64,000 nucleotides of DNA, from positions 10,191 to 74,190 of the forward strand of contig JAFVWY010000012.1 in assembly GCA_017501465.1 (NCBI GenBank), written 5' to 3'. Shown here in pieces: positions 9,697 to 18,358 of this stretch. The notes under the pieces were generated by a model that saw only the letters and a list, made by a program, of their open reading frames with translations, was not told where the DNA came from and made no database searches. Numbering within the stretch: the stretch's first letter is position 1; each line of letters opens with the position of its first letter. Position numbers and translations under genes: made by a program. This DNA is from Bacilli bacterium (GTDB lineage: Bacteria; Bacillota_I; Bacilli_A; ML615J-28; CAG-313).

Positions 9697-12372
9697 ATGA
9701 AATTTAAATTTAGATATTTAATTATTGTTGTTGCTTTATTAGCACTTATTGGATGTGCTGCTCCAACTGACCTTTCAAAATGTAAAATGTTAAGTAAAAC
9801 ATTTGATTATGATGGTCAACAACATTCTTTAAAAGTTATTAATGTTCCAAGTGAAGCGACAATTATTTATAAAAATAATAATCAAAAAGAAGTAGGAAGT
9901 TATAAAGTAGTAGCTGATGTTTCGATGCCTAATGGTGAAAAGAAAACATTAGAAGCAACTTTAACTATTGTTGATCCTAACGCATCCCCTTTGGATGAAT
10001 GTATGCTTTTAAATAGAAACGTTGTTTATAATGGAGAAGAACAATACTTAACAGTTAGAAACTTACCAGAAGGTGCTACTGTTGAATATTATGGAAATGG
10101 TGTAAAAGATGCAGGTAAACATAAAGTTACAGCTGTTGTAACTCTTGATTCATATGTTAAAGAATTATCTGCATACATTAATATTGAAAAAGCTGAACCA
10201 GAATTTACTTTTGAAAAAGATCAAACATTTATCATGGTTGGTTCTAAAGCTTTTGGTGTTGAAGCAAGTGTAAATAACGATGAACAAGTTATTATTGCAG
10301 AACCAATGTCAGAAATTACTGGTCCTGGTAATTACCGTGTTAAAATCTCAGTAGATAGTTCTAAAAACTATAAATCTGGATACGATTATTTAAATGTTAC
10401 TGTTATTAAAAATACATTAGATGTTGAATTCGAAGATGAAACATTTGTTGCTGATGGTACAGTTAAGAGTTTAAAACTAGTGGGTGAATCATTAGAAGGC
10501 TATACTGTAGAATATGTTAATAATGAACAAACAGAACCTGGTAAATATAATGTAAAAGCTTTGATTAAAACACAAGATGGTGAAGTTTATTGTACTGTTT
10601 ATGGTGTTTTAGAAATTGATAAACCAGATAATCAAGAATTTAATGAATTTATGGATGAATTATTTGTAGCTATTTTTGCTGGCGACCAAATGAGTATTAA
10701 TTTCTTCTTTAAAAATCCTGCTGATTATGGTTTAGATCATTATGAAGCTGAATTACCATATGCTACATTTGATAATTTCGAAGAAGGTCAACAACAATTG
10801 CTTGAAATTTTAGACGCTTTATATGAATTCGAATATGATTCATTATCAGCTGAACAACAAATGTCTTATAAAGTAGTAGAAGATTATTTTGTTTACTTAT
10901 CAAGTATTACAGAACCTATGGATTACATGACTAATGGATATTTAGGATCATATTTAGGTTATCAAGCAAATCTACCTTTAAACTTAGCTGAATATAAATT
11001 CAGAAATGAACAAGATATAAAAGACTTTATTAGTTATTTATACTCTGCTGAAGAAGCATTCAAAACATATTATCAATTCTGTGTAAAACAAAACGAATAT
11101 GGATTTGGCTTAACTGATATCGCGATTGACAATGTTGTTAGTCAATGTGAAAAATTTGTTGCTGAAAAAGATAATCATTATTTAATTGATATCTTCAATG
11201 ACAAAATTGATAATATTGAATTTGAATTAGCAGCTGATGTTGTTGAAGCTTATAAAGCAGAATGTAAGAGTGCTATTCAAAATCAATTATGTAATGCATA
11301 TCAATATGTTGCTGATAACCTACCTAATTTAAAAGGTGCAGATATTATTGAAGGTGGTTTATATCACTATGGAGAAGAAGGTCTTGAATATTTTGAATTA
11401 ATGTTTAGAGATACTGTTGGTTATAGCGATTTAACAATTGAAGAAGCTATTGCTTATGTAGATTATAAGATGAAAGAGGCTAATGATATTTTAGATGATA
11501 TCGTTGTTCAATTTAGAGGATTAACAGGAACAGATTATAATGATTTCTATTATGCTGCAGTAGAAGGTGATCCTGTCTTTACTGATAAAACTCCAATGGA
11601 AATTGTTGAATTATTCCAAGAATTAGCTAAGCAAATAGTTCCGGAATTAGACGTTATGCCTGAGATTTCAATTAAATATGTTTATGAATCATTAGAAGAA
11701 AACTTTAGTCCAGCTGCATACTTTGTTTCTCCACTTGATGAAACAAGATTTGAATCTATTTACTTAAATGGCTTATATACTGATGATGTTAACTATATTT
11801 TCACAACTTTAGCACATGAAGGATATCCTGGTCACTTATATCAAAATGTATATGCTAAACAATTAGACATTTCTAATGTTCGTAAAATCTTAAGATGTTC
11901 AGGTTATATGGAAGGTTGGGCAACATATGTTGAATTAAAAGCATATGATTGGGCACCTGATTATACAAGTAAAGGTCATAAGTTAGCTTTAGAATACTTA
12001 AAATATAATGATATATTAAATGGTATGTTATCTTGCCGTGTTGATTTAGGTATTCATGGACAAGGTTGGATGGCTGAAGATATCGCTAATTACTTAAATG
12101 AATTCTTCCAAACTAATGCTTATACAACAGAAGACATGCAAGATTTCTATGATCAAGTAGTAGAAATTCCAACTAATATGAGTCAATACTTCTTTAGTTA
12201 TAGTAAACTACAAGATATGCATGATCGTGCAGAAGAAATGCTTGGATGGGCATTTGATGAAATTGAATTTAATAAAGTATTATTAGATTGTGGTGCTGCT
12301 CCACTTGAATATGTTGAAGAAGCAGTTGAAGAATATATTTTAGATACTCTTTATGAATGGGGTGCAAGATAA
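9697..12372 (+). CDS. Large lipoprotein: N-terminal tandem MBG-like repeats plus C-terminal DUF885-like (HEGYPGH) domain
   Basis: Signal peptide with lipobox LIGC; four repeats of YxGxxQ...GxYKV-type beta modules in residues 35-310; HEGYPGHLYQ motif near residue 700. Confidence 0.5.
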   Translation: MKFKFRYLIIVVALLALIGCAAPTDLSKCKMLSKTFDYDGQQHSLKVINVPSEATIIYKNNNQKEVGSYKVVADVSMPNGEKKTLEATLTIVDPNASPLDECMLLNRNVVYNGEEQYLTVRNLPEGATVEYYGNGVKDAGKHKVTAVVTLDSYVKELSAYINIEKAEPEFTFEKDQTFIMVGSKAFGVEASVNNDEQVIIAEPMSEITGPGNYRVKISVDSSKNYKSGYDYLNVTVIKNTLDVEFEDETFVADGTVKSLKLVGESLEGYTVEYVNNEQTEPGKYNVKALIKTQDGEVYCTVYGVLEIDKPDNQEFNEFMDELFVAIFAGDQMSINFFFKNPADYGLDHYEAELPYATFDNFEEGQQQLLEILDALYEFEYDSLSAEQQMSYKVVEDYFVYLSSITEPMDYMTNGYLGSYLGYQANLPLNLAEYKFRNEQDIKDFISYLYSAEEAFKTYYQFCVKQNEYGFGLTDIAIDNVVSQCEKFVAEKDNHYLIDIFNDKIDNIEFELAADVVEAYKAECKSAIQNQLCNAYQYVADNLPNLKGADIIEGGLYHYGEEGLEYFELMFRDTVGYSDLTIEEAIAYVDYKMKEANDILDDIVVQFRGLTGTDYNDFYYAAVEGDPVFTDKTPMEIVELFQELAKQIVPELDVMPEISIKYVYESLEENFSPAAYFVSPLDETRFESIYLNGLYTDDVNYIFTTLAHEGYPGHLYQNVYAKQLDISNVRKILRCSGYMEGWATYVELKAYDWAPDYTSKGHKLALEYLKYNDILNGMLSCRVDLGIHGQGWMAEDIANYLNEFFQTNAYTTEDMQDFYDQVVEIPTNMSQYFFSYSKLQDMHDRAEEMLGWAFDEIEFNKVLLDCGAAPLEYVEEAVEEYILDTLYEWGAR

Positions 12373-12412
12373 ATAAAAAAAATCCAGAACATAAGTTCTG
12401 GATTTTTTATTT
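12373..12412. terminator. Bidirectional rho-independent terminator
   Basis: AAAAAAAATCCAGAAC-ATAA-GTTCTGGATTTTTTAT: perfect 9-bp stem flanked by A-run and T-run between convergent genes. Confidence 0.75.
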
Positions 12413-12417
12413 GGTTA

Positions 12418-12609
12418 CTATTCTTCTTCAATAGCTCCAACAGGGCAGCCTTCTTGGCAAACACCACAGTCGATGCATTGATCAGGATTGATTACATAGA
12501 TATCACCTTGTTCAATACAAGCAACTGGACATTGTTCAGCACAACTACCGCAAGCGATACAAGAGTCAGTAATTTTTCTTGGCATGTTAAATTTCCTCCT
12601 ATTACCCAT
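12418..12609 (-). CDS. Ferredoxin, 2x[4Fe-4S]
   Basis: Two CxxCxxCxxxCP motifs (CIACGSCAEQCP, CIDCGVCQEGCP) in 63 aa. Confidence 0.85.
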   Translation of the reverse strand: MGNRRKFNMPRKITDSCIACGSCAEQCPVACIEQGDIYVINPDQCIDCGVCQEGCPVGAIEEE

Positions 12610-12673
12610 ATATTTTACAAAAAAATATTTATTATTGCAATAATAATGTAAATTTTTTTGAATATTTAAACAC

Positions 12674-12702
12674 TTGATACTTTTTTTCTAATGTAGTATA
12701 AT
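12674..12702 (+). promoter_or_regulatory. SigA-type promoter TTGATA-17-TATAAT
   Basis: Hexamers at 12674-12679 and 12697-12702 upstream of yneF-like gene. Confidence 0.5.
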
Positions 12703-12712
12703 ATATACAAGG

Positions 12713-12961
12713 TTGAAAGGAGTGAGTATCATGAAAATTGCTATTTGGGCATTTATTTTAATTATTTTAGGAGTTTTATTAGTGGGCCTTGTAGTGGGCT
12801 TTATCGTTACACGTAAGATTTTTCAATCTCAATTAGAAAAAAATCCTCCTGTAACAAGAGAAATGATTCGTGCAATGTATATGCAAATGGGTAGAAAACC
12901 TAGCGAATCTGATATTAATCGTGTTATGGCTACTATGAATGTAACACCAAAGAAAAAATAA
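12713..12961 (+). CDS. UPF0154/YneF-family small membrane protein
   Basis: Single N-terminal TM helix followed by charged helical tail; located next to plsY as yneF in Bacillus. Confidence 0.55.
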   Translation: MKGVSIMKIAIWAFILIILGVLLVGLVVGFIVTRKIFQSQLEKNPPVTREMIRAMYMQMGRKPSESDINRVMATMNVTPKKK

Positions 12962-12988
12962 AGTTGATACAATGTATCAACTTTTTTA
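12958..12988. terminator. Bidirectional terminator between yneF-like and plsY
   Basis: AAAGTTGATACAATGTATCAACTTTTTTATTTT palindrome with flanking A/T runs. Confidence 0.6.
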
Positions 12989-13633
12989 TTTTGTTTTACT
13001 CTTAAAAGAGAATTTTGATTCTGTACCATTGATTAAACGTACAATATTTTTGCGATGACTAATAAATAGTGCAACAGTTAAAATAGAACAGAAGATGGTA
13101 AAATACCAGTCTGGTGCTTGTGCATTTAATGTATTAACGAAAAATGATGAGATTAACATTGATAGAATGGTACATAATGAACTAACAGAAACGTATTTGG
13201 TAATCACTAGTGTTAAAATAAAGACGCCAAGGCCAATTAGAAAACACCAAGGAGCATAAGCTAGAATAAAACCAGCTGTACATGCGACGCCTTTTCCTCC
13301 TTTAAATCTAGAAAAAACAGGAAAAATATGTCCAATCACACTAAAAATACCAAAGGTAATAATTGGAAAATGGGTAGGTTCAGCTTCAATTATATTTAGT
13401 GTAAATAAAGCCACAAGTAAAAAACCTTTAAATACATCCAAGAAGAAAACAGCAAAACCTGCTTTTGGTCCTAAGACCCTTAATGAGTTTGTTGCACCCA
13501 TATTTTTACTACCATATTGTCTTACATCAGTTTTATAGAATAATTTCCCTATAATTAAAGCACTAGGAATTGATCCTAAAATGTAGGCAACCGCTAGTAA
13601 AGCGAGCTCAGTATAAATGTCCATTTCATTCAC
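12986..13633 (-). CDS. plsY: Glycerol-3-phosphate acyltransferase PlsY
   Basis: GSKNMGATN and multiple TM segments; plsY-parE-parC neighbourhood. Confidence 0.9.
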   Translation of the reverse strand: MNEMDIYTELALLAVAYILGSIPSALIIGKLFYKTDVRQYGSKNMGATNSLRVLGPKAGFAVFFLDVFKGFLLVALFTLNIIEAEPTHFPIITFGIFSVIGHIFPVFSRFKGGKGVACTAGFILAYAPWCFLIGLGVFILTLVITKYVSVSSLCTILSMLISSFFVNTLNAQAPDWYFTIFCSILTVALFISHRKNIVRLINGTESKFSFKSKTK

Positions 13634-13758
13634 CTCAAATTGTAATAATTATACCATATTTAATATTAAAAGTATCTTTAAATGATAAGTTTTTCGACAA
13701 AATATGCAAATTATTTAGGCAATAAGGGGCTTTTTTAATAAAAAAATTATTTTTTAAT

Positions 13759-13787
13759 TTGCCACATTTTGAAAAATGTGTTATAAT
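13759..13787 (+). promoter_or_regulatory. SigA-type promoter TTGCCA-17-TATAAT (TGT extended -10)
   Basis: Hexamers at 13759-13764 and 13782-13787 upstream of parE. Confidence 0.5.
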
Positions 13788-13830
13788 AAGAAATATAAGA
13801 GGTTAAAAATAATTTTTAGGAGGGTAAAAT

Positions 13831-15786
13831 ATGGCTGAAAGTAAAAAAACTCCAGTATATGATGAGTCATCAATTCAGGTCTTAGAAGGATTAGAAGCTG
13901 TTAGAAAACGTCCTGGTATGTACATTGGATCTACTGATTCAAGAGGTTTACATCACTTAGTATGGGAAATAGTTGATAACGCTATTGATGAAGCGCTAGC
14001 AGGATATGGTTCACAAGTTGTGGTACGTATTAATGAAGACAATTCTGTTGAAGTTGCCGATAATGGGCGTGGTATTCCAACTGGTAAACATAAAAGTAAT
14101 GGCCTTCCAACACCTCAAGTTATTTTTAATACATTACACGCCGGTGGTAAGTTTGATGAATCTGGCGGTTATAAAGTATCAGGGGGGTTACACGGTGTAG
14201 GTTCATCGGTTGTTAATGCTTTAAGTGAATATTTAGAAGTAACTATTCATAGAGATGGAAAAATATATTACCAAAGATATTTAAATGGTGGTAAAACAAT
14301 TGAAAAACCAAAATGGCTAGGTGATACTAGAAGAACAGGTTCAATTATTAAGTTTAAGCCGGATCGTACAATTTTCTCAACTACTATTTTTGATTATAAA
14401 ACTATCGCAAAAAGATTAAGAGAATCTGCTTTCCTAATTAAAGGGTTAAGAATTGATTTAATTGATATGCGTTCAGGTCAACAAGAGACTTTTAGATTTG
14501 ATGAAGGTATTGTTGAATTTGTTAAAACCCTAAATCAAGGTAAAAAAGCCATTCATGAACCGACTTTCTTTGTTGGTACTGCAAGTAATATTTATATTGA
14601 AGCTTCTATTCAATATACACAAAACAATTATAGTGAAAATATTTTATCGTTTGTTAATAATATTAGAACAAATGATGGAGGTACTCATGAAGTTGGGTTT
14701 AGAAGTGCCATTACTAAAGCGGTGAATGAACATGCACGTTTAATTGGTGCATTAAAAGATAAAGATGCTAACTTAGAAGGTGCTGACGTTCGTGAAGGTT
14801 TAACTGGCGTCTTATCTATTCGTATCCCTGAAAACATTTTGCAATTTGAAGGACAAACAAAAAATAAACTAGGTACACCAGAAGCTAGGGTAGCAGTCGA
14901 AAACGTTGTTTCAGAAATGATGAAATTCTTCCTATCTGAAAATGGTGATATCGCTAATATTATTGTAAATAATGCTGTTAGGGCTTCAAAAGCACGTGAA
15001 GCCGCTAGAAAAGCAAGAGATGAACAAAGAAAAGTTAAACAAATCATCTCTAAACCAACTAATTTACTTGGAAAACTAACTCCGGCTCAATCAAATAACC
15101 CTAAGATTAATGAATTATTCCTAGTCGAAGGTAATTCAGCTGGCGGTAGTGCAAAACAAGGTAGAGATAGAACATTCCAAGCTGTTTTACCTTTACGAGG
15201 TAAAGTAATTAACTCAGAAAAGTCAAAAATCGAAGAAGTGTTAAAAAATGAAGAAATTATGATGATTATTAATGCGATTGGTGCAGGTATTGGAACTGAG
15301 TTTGATATTTCTAAAATTAATTATAATAGAATTATCATTATGACCGATGCCGATACCGATGGTGCGCATATCCAAATCCTATTACTTACTTTCTTCTATC
15401 GATTTATGCCTGAACTTGTAAAAGCGGGACATGTTTATATTGCAACTCCACCTCTTTATAAAATTTCATACAAGAATACTATAGAATATGCATGGAGCGA
15501 TGAAGAACTAAGAAATAAAATAGGTGCTCAAAAGAATGTTACTATTCAACGTTATAAAGGGCTAGGAGAAATGAATGCTGAACAATTATGGGAAACAACA
15601 ATGAATCCAGCTAAACGTACTTTAATTCAAGTTACGATTGGCGAAGAAGGTACTGCTGATGATCAAATTAGTACTTTAATGGGTGATGAAGTAGAACCTA
15701 GACGTGAATGGATTGAAAACCATGTGGTATTTGATTCAGAAGATAACTTTATTTTAGATGATGTGGAGGTCTATGGTGATGAGTGA
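13831..15786 (+). CDS. parE: DNA topoisomerase IV subunit B
   Basis: GHKL ATPase N-terminus, TOPRIM EGNSAGG / IMTDADTDGAHI; assigned ParE not GyrB from plsY-adjacent location and 651 aa size. Confidence 0.8.
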   Translation: MAESKKTPVYDESSIQVLEGLEAVRKRPGMYIGSTDSRGLHHLVWEIVDNAIDEALAGYGSQVVVRINEDNSVEVADNGRGIPTGKHKSNGLPTPQVIFNTLHAGGKFDESGGYKVSGGLHGVGSSVVNALSEYLEVTIHRDGKIYYQRYLNGGKTIEKPKWLGDTRRTGSIIKFKPDRTIFSTTIFDYKTIAKRLRESAFLIKGLRIDLIDMRSGQQETFRFDEGIVEFVKTLNQGKKAIHEPTFFVGTASNIYIEASIQYTQNNYSENILSFVNNIRTNDGGTHEVGFRSAITKAVNEHARLIGALKDKDANLEGADVREGLTGVLSIRIPENILQFEGQTKNKLGTPEARVAVENVVSEMMKFFLSENGDIANIIVNNAVRASKAREAARKARDEQRKVKQIISKPTNLLGKLTPAQSNNPKINELFLVEGNSAGGSAKQGRDRTFQAVLPLRGKVINSEKSKIEEVLKNEEIMMIINAIGAGIGTEFDISKINYNRIIIMTDADTDGAHIQILLLTFFYRFMPELVKAGHVYIATPPLYKISYKNTIEYAWSDEELRNKIGAQKNVTIQRYKGLGEMNAEQLWETTMNPAKRTLIQVTIGEEGTADDQISTLMGDEVEPRREWIENHVVFDSEDNFILDDVEVYGDE

Positions 15787-18268
15787 GCCTAAAAAATTAT
15801 CACAAATAATTGAACAATTTGCCACAGAAACTTTACTTCAAGAAAATTTAGAAGAAATTTTTGGCGACCGATTCGGAAGATATTCAAAATATATCATTCA
15901 AGAACGTGCTTTACCGGATGTTCGCGATGGATTAAAACCTGTTCAAAGAAGAATTTTATTTGCTTTATATAAATTAAAGATGTTCTCTGATAAACCTTAT
16001 AAAAAATCTGCTCGTTTAGTAGGTGAGGTTATTGGTAAGTATCACCCTCATGGCGATGTAGCTGTATATGATGCTGCAATAAGAATGAGTCAGGACTTTA
16101 AAATGTTAGTTCCATTAATTGATGTTCATGGAAATAATGGTAGTATTGATGGCGACCCAGCTGCTGCAATGCGTTATACTGAATGTCGTTTAAGTAAATA
16201 TGCGGAATATTTGCTACAAGATTTAGATAAGCGAACTGTAGGGTTAGTTCCTAACTTTGATGATGCTGAATTAGAACCTGTTGTATTACCAGCAAAATTT
16301 CCTAATTTACTTGTGAATGGTGCTACTGGTATTTCAGCAGGTTATGCTACGGATATCCCGCCACACAACCCAATTGAAGTTTTAGATGCTGTAATTGCAA
16401 AAATAGATAATCCAAAACTTACTGTTGATGAATTAATGGATATTATGAAAGGCCCTGATTTTCCAACTGGTGGTATTGTACAAGGTAGAAAGGAAATTAG
16501 AAAAGCTTTCCAAACAGGTCAAAGTAAAATTATCGTTCGTTCTAAAACAGAAATTGTTCCTGGCAAAAATGATAACAAAATTGTTGTTACAGAAATTCCT
16601 TATGAAGTAAATAAAGCATTACTTGTCAAAAAAATGAATGATATGCTTCTTGCTAAAGAAGTTGATGGCGTAAAAGCAATAAGAGATGAATCAGATAGAC
16701 AAGGTTTACGTATCGTAATTGATATACGTAAAGATGTTGATCCAGTTAAAATCTTAAATTTCTTATTTAAAACTACAGAATTACAAGCTAACTATTCATA
16801 CAACATGGTAGCTATTAGTAATGGTAGACCAATGGTTATGGGCGTATTAGATATTTTAGACGCCTACATTGCTCACCAAAAGGAAGTTATGACAAATCGT
16901 TGTAACTTTGAGTTACAAAAAGCTGAAAGAAGAGCTCACATTGTTGAAGGTTTAATTAGCATGGTATCTATTCTTGATGCTGTTATTAAGACTATTAGAA
17001 ATTCAACTAATAAACGTAACGCTAAAGAAAATATCATGACAAATTATCATTTTAGTGAAATTCAAGCTGATGCGATTGTTAATTTACAATTATATCGTTT
17101 AACAAATACAGATATTTTTGAACTTAGAACTGAAGCTAATGAATTAGAACAACAAATTAGAAGATTACATCACATTCTTGAAAGTAATCGAGCAATGATG
17201 AAAGCTATTAAAGACGAAATTCAAGAGACAAAATCTCATCTTCAATATGAAAGAAGAACACAAATTGAAGATGAAGTTAAAGATGTAACAATCGCTACAG
17301 AAGAACTAATTTCAAAAGAAGAAACAATGGTAATGATTACTTATCAAGGTTATATTAAACGTATGACTAAAAAAGCTTATTTAGCTTTACAAATGTCAGA
17401 TGAGCAACAAACAAAAGTTAAAGATGGTGACATTGTAACAGATGTTTATGAAGCTACAACAACTGATGTTTTAATTCAGTTTACTGATTTAGGTAATTAT
17501 GTATATTTGCCTTTATTTAAAATCCCTGAATGTAAACATAAAGATTTAGGTATCCATATTAGTACAATGATTGGTATGGAAACTAATGAAAGAGTTATTT
17601 TCTCAACGATTGTTAGTGACTTTAAAGCGGATAAGTATGCGTTGATTGCAACAAAAGATGGGTTAATAAAACGTATAAAACTTGAAAAATTAGAAGTTAA
17701 TAGATACTCTAAAGTTCTAAAGGCTACAAAATTGCGTGATGGCGATTATGTGGTTAGTGCTGATATTTGTACTGGCCGTGATGCTGAGGTTGTTATTGCA
17801 ACTAAAGAAGGTTATATGAATAGATATGATGCTGAAGAAATCAGTATTATTGAACCTGCTTCATTTGGTGTTAAAGCTATTGAAATGAAGAGTAGACCTA
17901 AAGATGAAGTTGTTTCAGCAAAATATGTAGGTGAAAAGGATATTATTCTATTGTTAACTAATCGTGGTAATATCAAACGTATGAGACCTGAAGAAATTGT
18001 TAAGGGTAAAAAGAACCACGTTGGTAAGATGTACTTGAAAGTTGTCCGTTCTAACTTACATGAAGCAATTGCGATGGATGTTATTAGACATAAAAACGCT
18101 AATTCAAATAGTATGAATTACATTGTTACTGATAAAGGCACAATTTTAATTGATTATACTGTATTAAGAATTGCGATTGCAGATAACGGAAGAAAGATGG
18201 TTCCAAATGATATGGGTACACCACTTGCTCTTGCAATTAATAGAAACAATAATGATTTAGAAATCTAA
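15758..18268 (+). CDS. parC: DNA topoisomerase IV subunit A
   Basis: Active-site region AAMRYTECRLS (Tyr), no obvious GyrA-box QRRGGKG in C-terminal domain; follows parE. Confidence 0.8.
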   Translation: MMWRSMVMSEPKKLSQIIEQFATETLLQENLEEIFGDRFGRYSKYIIQERALPDVRDGLKPVQRRILFALYKLKMFSDKPYKKSARLVGEVIGKYHPHGDVAVYDAAIRMSQDFKMLVPLIDVHGNNGSIDGDPAAAMRYTECRLSKYAEYLLQDLDKRTVGLVPNFDDAELEPVVLPAKFPNLLVNGATGISAGYATDIPPHNPIEVLDAVIAKIDNPKLTVDELMDIMKGPDFPTGGIVQGRKEIRKAFQTGQSKIIVRSKTEIVPGKNDNKIVVTEIPYEVNKALLVKKMNDMLLAKEVDGVKAIRDESDRQGLRIVIDIRKDVDPVKILNFLFKTTELQANYSYNMVAISNGRPMVMGVLDILDAYIAHQKEVMTNRCNFELQKAERRAHIVEGLISMVSILDAVIKTIRNSTNKRNAKENIMTNYHFSEIQADAIVNLQLYRLTNTDIFELRTEANELEQQIRRLHHILESNRAMMKAIKDEIQETKSHLQYERRTQIEDEVKDVTIATEELISKEETMVMITYQGYIKRMTKKAYLALQMSDEQQTKVKDGDIVTDVYEATTTDVLIQFTDLGNYVYLPLFKIPECKHKDLGIHISTMIGMETNERVIFSTIVSDFKADKYALIATKDGLIKRIKLEKLEVNRYSKVLKATKLRDGDYVVSADICTGRDAEVVIATKEGYMNRYDAEEISIIEPASFGVKAIEMKSRPKDEVVSAKYVGEKDIILLLTNRGNIKRMRPEEIVKGKKNHVGKMYLKVVRSNLHEAIAMDVIRHKNANSNSMNYIVTDKGTILIDYTVLRIAIADNGRKMVPNDMGTPLALAINRNNNDLEI

Positions 18269-18278
18269 AATGAATAAA

Positions 18279-18302
18279 ATCCCTCGTAAGAGGGGTTTTT
18301 AA
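18279..18302 (+). terminator. Rho-independent terminator after parC
   Basis: AATCCCTCGTAAGAGGGGTTTTTAAAA. Confidence 0.65.
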
Positions 18303-18320
18303 AAATAATTATTTATATTT

Positions 18321-18349
18321 TTGAAATTTAAAAAGTTATATGGTATAAT
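18321..18349 (+). promoter_or_regulatory. SigA-type promoter TTGAAA-17-TATAAT (TGG extended -10)
   Basis: Hexamers at 18321-18326 and 18344-18349. Confidence 0.5.
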
Positions 18350-18358
18350 TCTAAACTG

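Noticed and set aside
12454-13029. ORFs 12454-12651 (+) and 12829-13029 (-) overlapping ferredoxin and yneF-like genes
   Set aside because: Overlap better-supported genes on the opposite strand and span terminators; spurious.
14006-15047. ORFs 14006-14200 (+) and 14685-15047 (-) inside parE
   Set aside because: Out-of-frame or antisense to parE with no domain signal.
13831-18268. Calling the topoisomerase pair GyrB/GyrA
   Set aside because: Location next to plsY (conserved plsY-parE-parC arrangement), 651-aa B subunit, and no GyrA-box in the A subunit favour ParE/ParC.
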